NCBI GenBank assembly: GCA_043767805.1
Contig: JAYUGC010000043.1
Location: 1-38,614, forward strand
Direction of reading: 5' to 3'
Source of the DNA: Pseudomonadota bacterium
GTDB lineage: Bacteria; Bdellovibrionota; FAC87; UBA2466
Length of the DNA stretch: 38,614 bases
Positions 37,201-38,614 of the stretch are shown here, in pieces; position 1 is the first letter of the stretch, and each line of letters opens with the position of its first letter. Under the pieces are notes generated by a model. It was not told the DNA's origin and ran no database searches. It saw only the letters and a list, made by a program, of their open reading frames with translations. A program made the position numbers and the translations under genes.

Positions 37201-38614
37201 CGATTACCGGCGTGTCGGCATCGGATATTCTCAATGTCAAAGTGGGTGCGGTCATCAGCGGTACGGGAGTTGCGGCGGGAACCCTAATCAATAGCGTGAA
37301 TGTGGGCCTTGGAGAGGTCGTCTTGTCTGCTGCCGTTACGGGTAGCGGATCAACGGTGTTTAGAATGAACCGCCATCCCGCCGATGTGGTGCTTGGGCAA
37401 GCGAATTTTAGCGGTAATCTCGCTAATCGCGGCGCCCAGCCAAGCGCCGTAACTATTAAGAGTCCGGGAGCGGTCTATTCGGATGGCACACGCCTTTTCG
37501 TAGTGGACGCTGGTAATCGTCGAGTTCTTGTCTGGAAAGATATTAACGCGTTTCCTCTGACAAGTGGCGCCCCCGCCGACGTGGTACTCGGACAGAGCAC
37601 CTCCAATTCAGACATCGTACTTTATTCCCAGTCAGGAATGGGCCAACCCGAGGCGCTACACTCCGACGGAAAACGACTTTTTGTGGCGGATGGTACCCGT
37701 GTCCTTGTTTACAACGACATCACCGCTCTTTCCACCGGAATGCTCGCCGATCAGGTGTATGGTGAGCCCAATTTTAATTCTTTCAGTGGTGGGCTTTCCG
37801 CAACTAGCTTCGGAAACGTAAGCGGCGTATTTTCGGATGGTACGGATCGACTGTATGTCTCAGATTATAATAACAGCCGAGTGCTCTCCATCGCTCTCAC
37901 CGGATCGGGAGCTGGATCTCTGGCCTCACTTAGCATCGGCGATAGCAGCTATGATTACGGTTCCGTGGTCCCTGGACTTGCCAAAGAGCATCTTTTCCTG
38001 ATCACCAACAGCGGTAAAACCCCGGCGACTTCCGTGGCGTTTACCTTTTCCGGTTCAGGCGTGCCCTATAACTATAAAGGGGGCAGCTTCCCTGGAACGA
38101 GCGGGACCTGCACGACAAACGGGGTCGTCCTTCCGAATTCGAGCTGTACTATCAACGTTGCCTTTTCTCCGCCCTCAGGCGCGACTTTAGGCACCAGCTA
38201 TCCTGGAACGCTTACCCTCAACTATAACAATGGAAGTGGTAATGCGACTCCCGTCGTGTCGAATCTTAGCGGTACTGCCGACAAGGCAGTCTTATTGTTA
38301 AACGACGGGGCTACCAATATCTCGGCGGGTACTTACGGGTATGGCACTGCGATTATCGGAACCCCGGTTAGCAAAGTCTTTACCTTGACCAATACGTCGA
38401 CCACCAAAACGGCGACCACTCTTCAGGCGACGGCTAACCCCGCCAATTTGCTTCTTGCTCCCTTCGCCTTTGCTGGCACCGGCGGCTATTTCCCGGGTGT
38501 GGGCGGTACATGTAGTGCAACGGCCGCAGTTGTCGGACGTGGGGGTGGCCGCGAACTCCCCGCGATCGATGCGCTCTGCGATTTGTTTCAGCTGCGCCCA
38601 GCCCGCCTCGCCGA
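34260..38614 (+). CDS. Large secreted surface protein (>1450 aa, 3'-incomplete): choice-of-anchor-D/ASH-like Ig domains, Big_2-like domain, NHL-repeat beta-propeller
   Basis: Hand translation from ATG 34260 (AGGTGGTG RBS, signal peptide MRIKAIHTAAILFLTLFSGFARG), frame open to the window end; FPG..GTC...CT..V.F.P Ig motifs; repeats ADxVLGQ...DG.RL.V.D..N.RVL.W. Confidence 0.92.
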   Translation, partial: MRIKAIHTAAILFLTLFSGFARGEQTCLMVAPTYQPGTYDNFNAQLTTGSYSYGEGSAYYGYSGINRYRLNAGSGSYNSRVGVDRYGITFGAFQMFQGIITPNFFTVVSSNSNFCSSADNSAQSFNWILVRARTPDVTSTNVGQGPMDATASTFEVGGTFTYNPTSNVSFTSTGYFGFDGVANAASFSLDRSVTGGCLNGVMKTVANPVPTLPSNGILDKSGNVYLDKERFVYIGTGGNPVVAVGAKVEDLNASTKWADLSRNGFSGIYTEFLTGSTQTKMSVLIVPSTVTAGTANPVMPGATTTVVNGTEFYFYEMPAASHVSAYSNPSLDISAGSYRGKFTCATAARNTPSNGFCKGKLYASDGVTNAEATCLFGTAPSYLMSCMMQKPGTPSKAVSILATVPTRSILAVSVSPITSELASAGTALLTATVTNLTGKEATAMGDPALSVDRLAAPFSYDGLGAYATNGGTCGTTLRGFTNCTVKLKYTPTQDGAVFQTYKIAYNNGSTVVNATAPLRGMCGLKSLAISGGYGYMVGSLPTLTALAQFNDGNVQDVSAAVSWGNLESLVADTVNGSTTLTVASSAGLMGKAISGPGIPLGATVTAIIDATHVQISAAATLTASAAQLYSTNMEISASSQATFLSSGDQTVKACLGVFDANGSCPGSSGLLVQKTLTINPYAGSFGQVVLGQANVSNVQDFTASAPNSVNVIPPGATTTPSSASLKTPRHMYSDGKRFIVADSLNHRALIWDTVPVSSFTATRTSGSAILSAISPTDMARLKAGVVISGTGVVANSTILSVNAGASQATMSSNATASGTSVLGVFRYAADSVLGQTTMNLNTQLGFTPTPNSNVTNATASTLGTPTSVWIGGNRAAVYDTNFNRVLLWDSITDAMTPGTAADIVLGQPDFTCGSINTGSSCNTPSPAAAANTIYSYLASRSGLLAYDGMRLIVSDPQNNRVLVWNKYPVSSFTGTRAGTATITGVSASDILNVKVGAVISGTGVAAGTLINSVNVGLGEVVLSAAVTGSGSTVFRMNRHPADVVLGQANFSGNLANRGAQPSAVTIKSPGAVYSDGTRLFVVDAGNRRVLVWKDINAFPLTSGAPADVVLGQSTSNSDIVLYSQSGMGQPEALHSDGKRLFVADGTRVLVYNDITALSTGMLADQVYGEPNFNSFSGGLSATSFGNVSGVFSDGTDRLYVSDYNNSRVLSIALTGSGAGSLASLSIGDSSYDYGSVVPGLAKEHLFLITNSGKTPATSVAFTFSGSGVPYNYKGGSFPGTSGTCTTNGVVLPNSSCTINVAFSPPSGATLGTSYPGTLTLNYNNGSGNATPVVSNLSGTADKAVLLLNDGATNISAGTYGYGTAIIGTPVSKVFTLTNTSTTKTATTLQATANPANLLLAPFAFAGTGGYFPGVGGTCSATAAVVGRGGGRELPAIDALCDLFQLRPARLA
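36318..37895 (+). repeat. Six NHL-like protein repeats (beta-propeller blades)
   Basis: VVLGQAN, ADSVLGQT, ADIVLGQPDF, ADVVLGQANF, ADVVLGQS, ADQVYGEPNF, each followed by an (S)DG.R..V.D..N.R.L-type strand set. Confidence 0.85.

Noticed and set aside
34446..37821. Short ORFs listed across the right end
   Set aside because: All lie within the single long plus-strand frame starting at 34260.
34260..38520. Many N-x-S/T sequons in the giant protein
   Set aside because: Expected from its Asn/Ser/Thr-rich composition; not evidence of N-glycosylation without a statistical test.
38562..38566. RELP peptide near the window end (encoded just upstream, about 38550-38561) echoing VRELP
   Set aside because: No hydrophobic helix follows, and the segment is probably mis-joined sequence.
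1..38614. CRISPR arrays, tRNA, rRNA, prophage genes
   Set aside because: No regularly spaced nucleotide repeats, RNA-gene signatures or phage hallmark genes seen by eye.

Overview
Bacterial chromosomal segment; the gene content suggests Bdellovibrionota/Oligoflexia or a related deltaproteobacterial lineage (inference). It has four blocks. (1) 351-7877: a REC-PAS response regulator, a TPR/winged-helix regulator flanked by secreted-protein genes (including YceI), and a DUF4421-like outer-membrane protein. (2) 8052-26759: a glycan assembly/modification cluster of about 18.7 kb in mixed orientation. It contains seven stand-alone GT2/GT2-like genes, a WsaF-like GT4, a PglK/MsbA-like ABC flippase, a radical SAM/SPASM enzyme, an SGNH protein, three stand-alone methyltransferases, a 994-aa acyltransferase-3/degenerate-GT2/FkbM fusion and a GT2 remnant. 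(3) 27675-32576: two divergent exosortase-family genes, a 12-Cys protein ending in a VRELP-transmembrane-basic tail (PEP-CTERM/VPEID-CTERM-like), a 16-Cys secreted protein and a GT-C-like membrane protein. (4) An IS1-like transposase with an apparent DDN triad, a small lipoprotein, and a >1450-aa surface protein that is missing from the ORF track because it runs off the window. That protein has Ig-like domains, an NHL propeller and three nested beta-modules. The best candidate for an undescribed system is the twin-exosortase/Cys-rich CTERM locus, possibly coupled to a protein-glycosylation pathway. All family calls come from motif recognition by eye; no searches were run.
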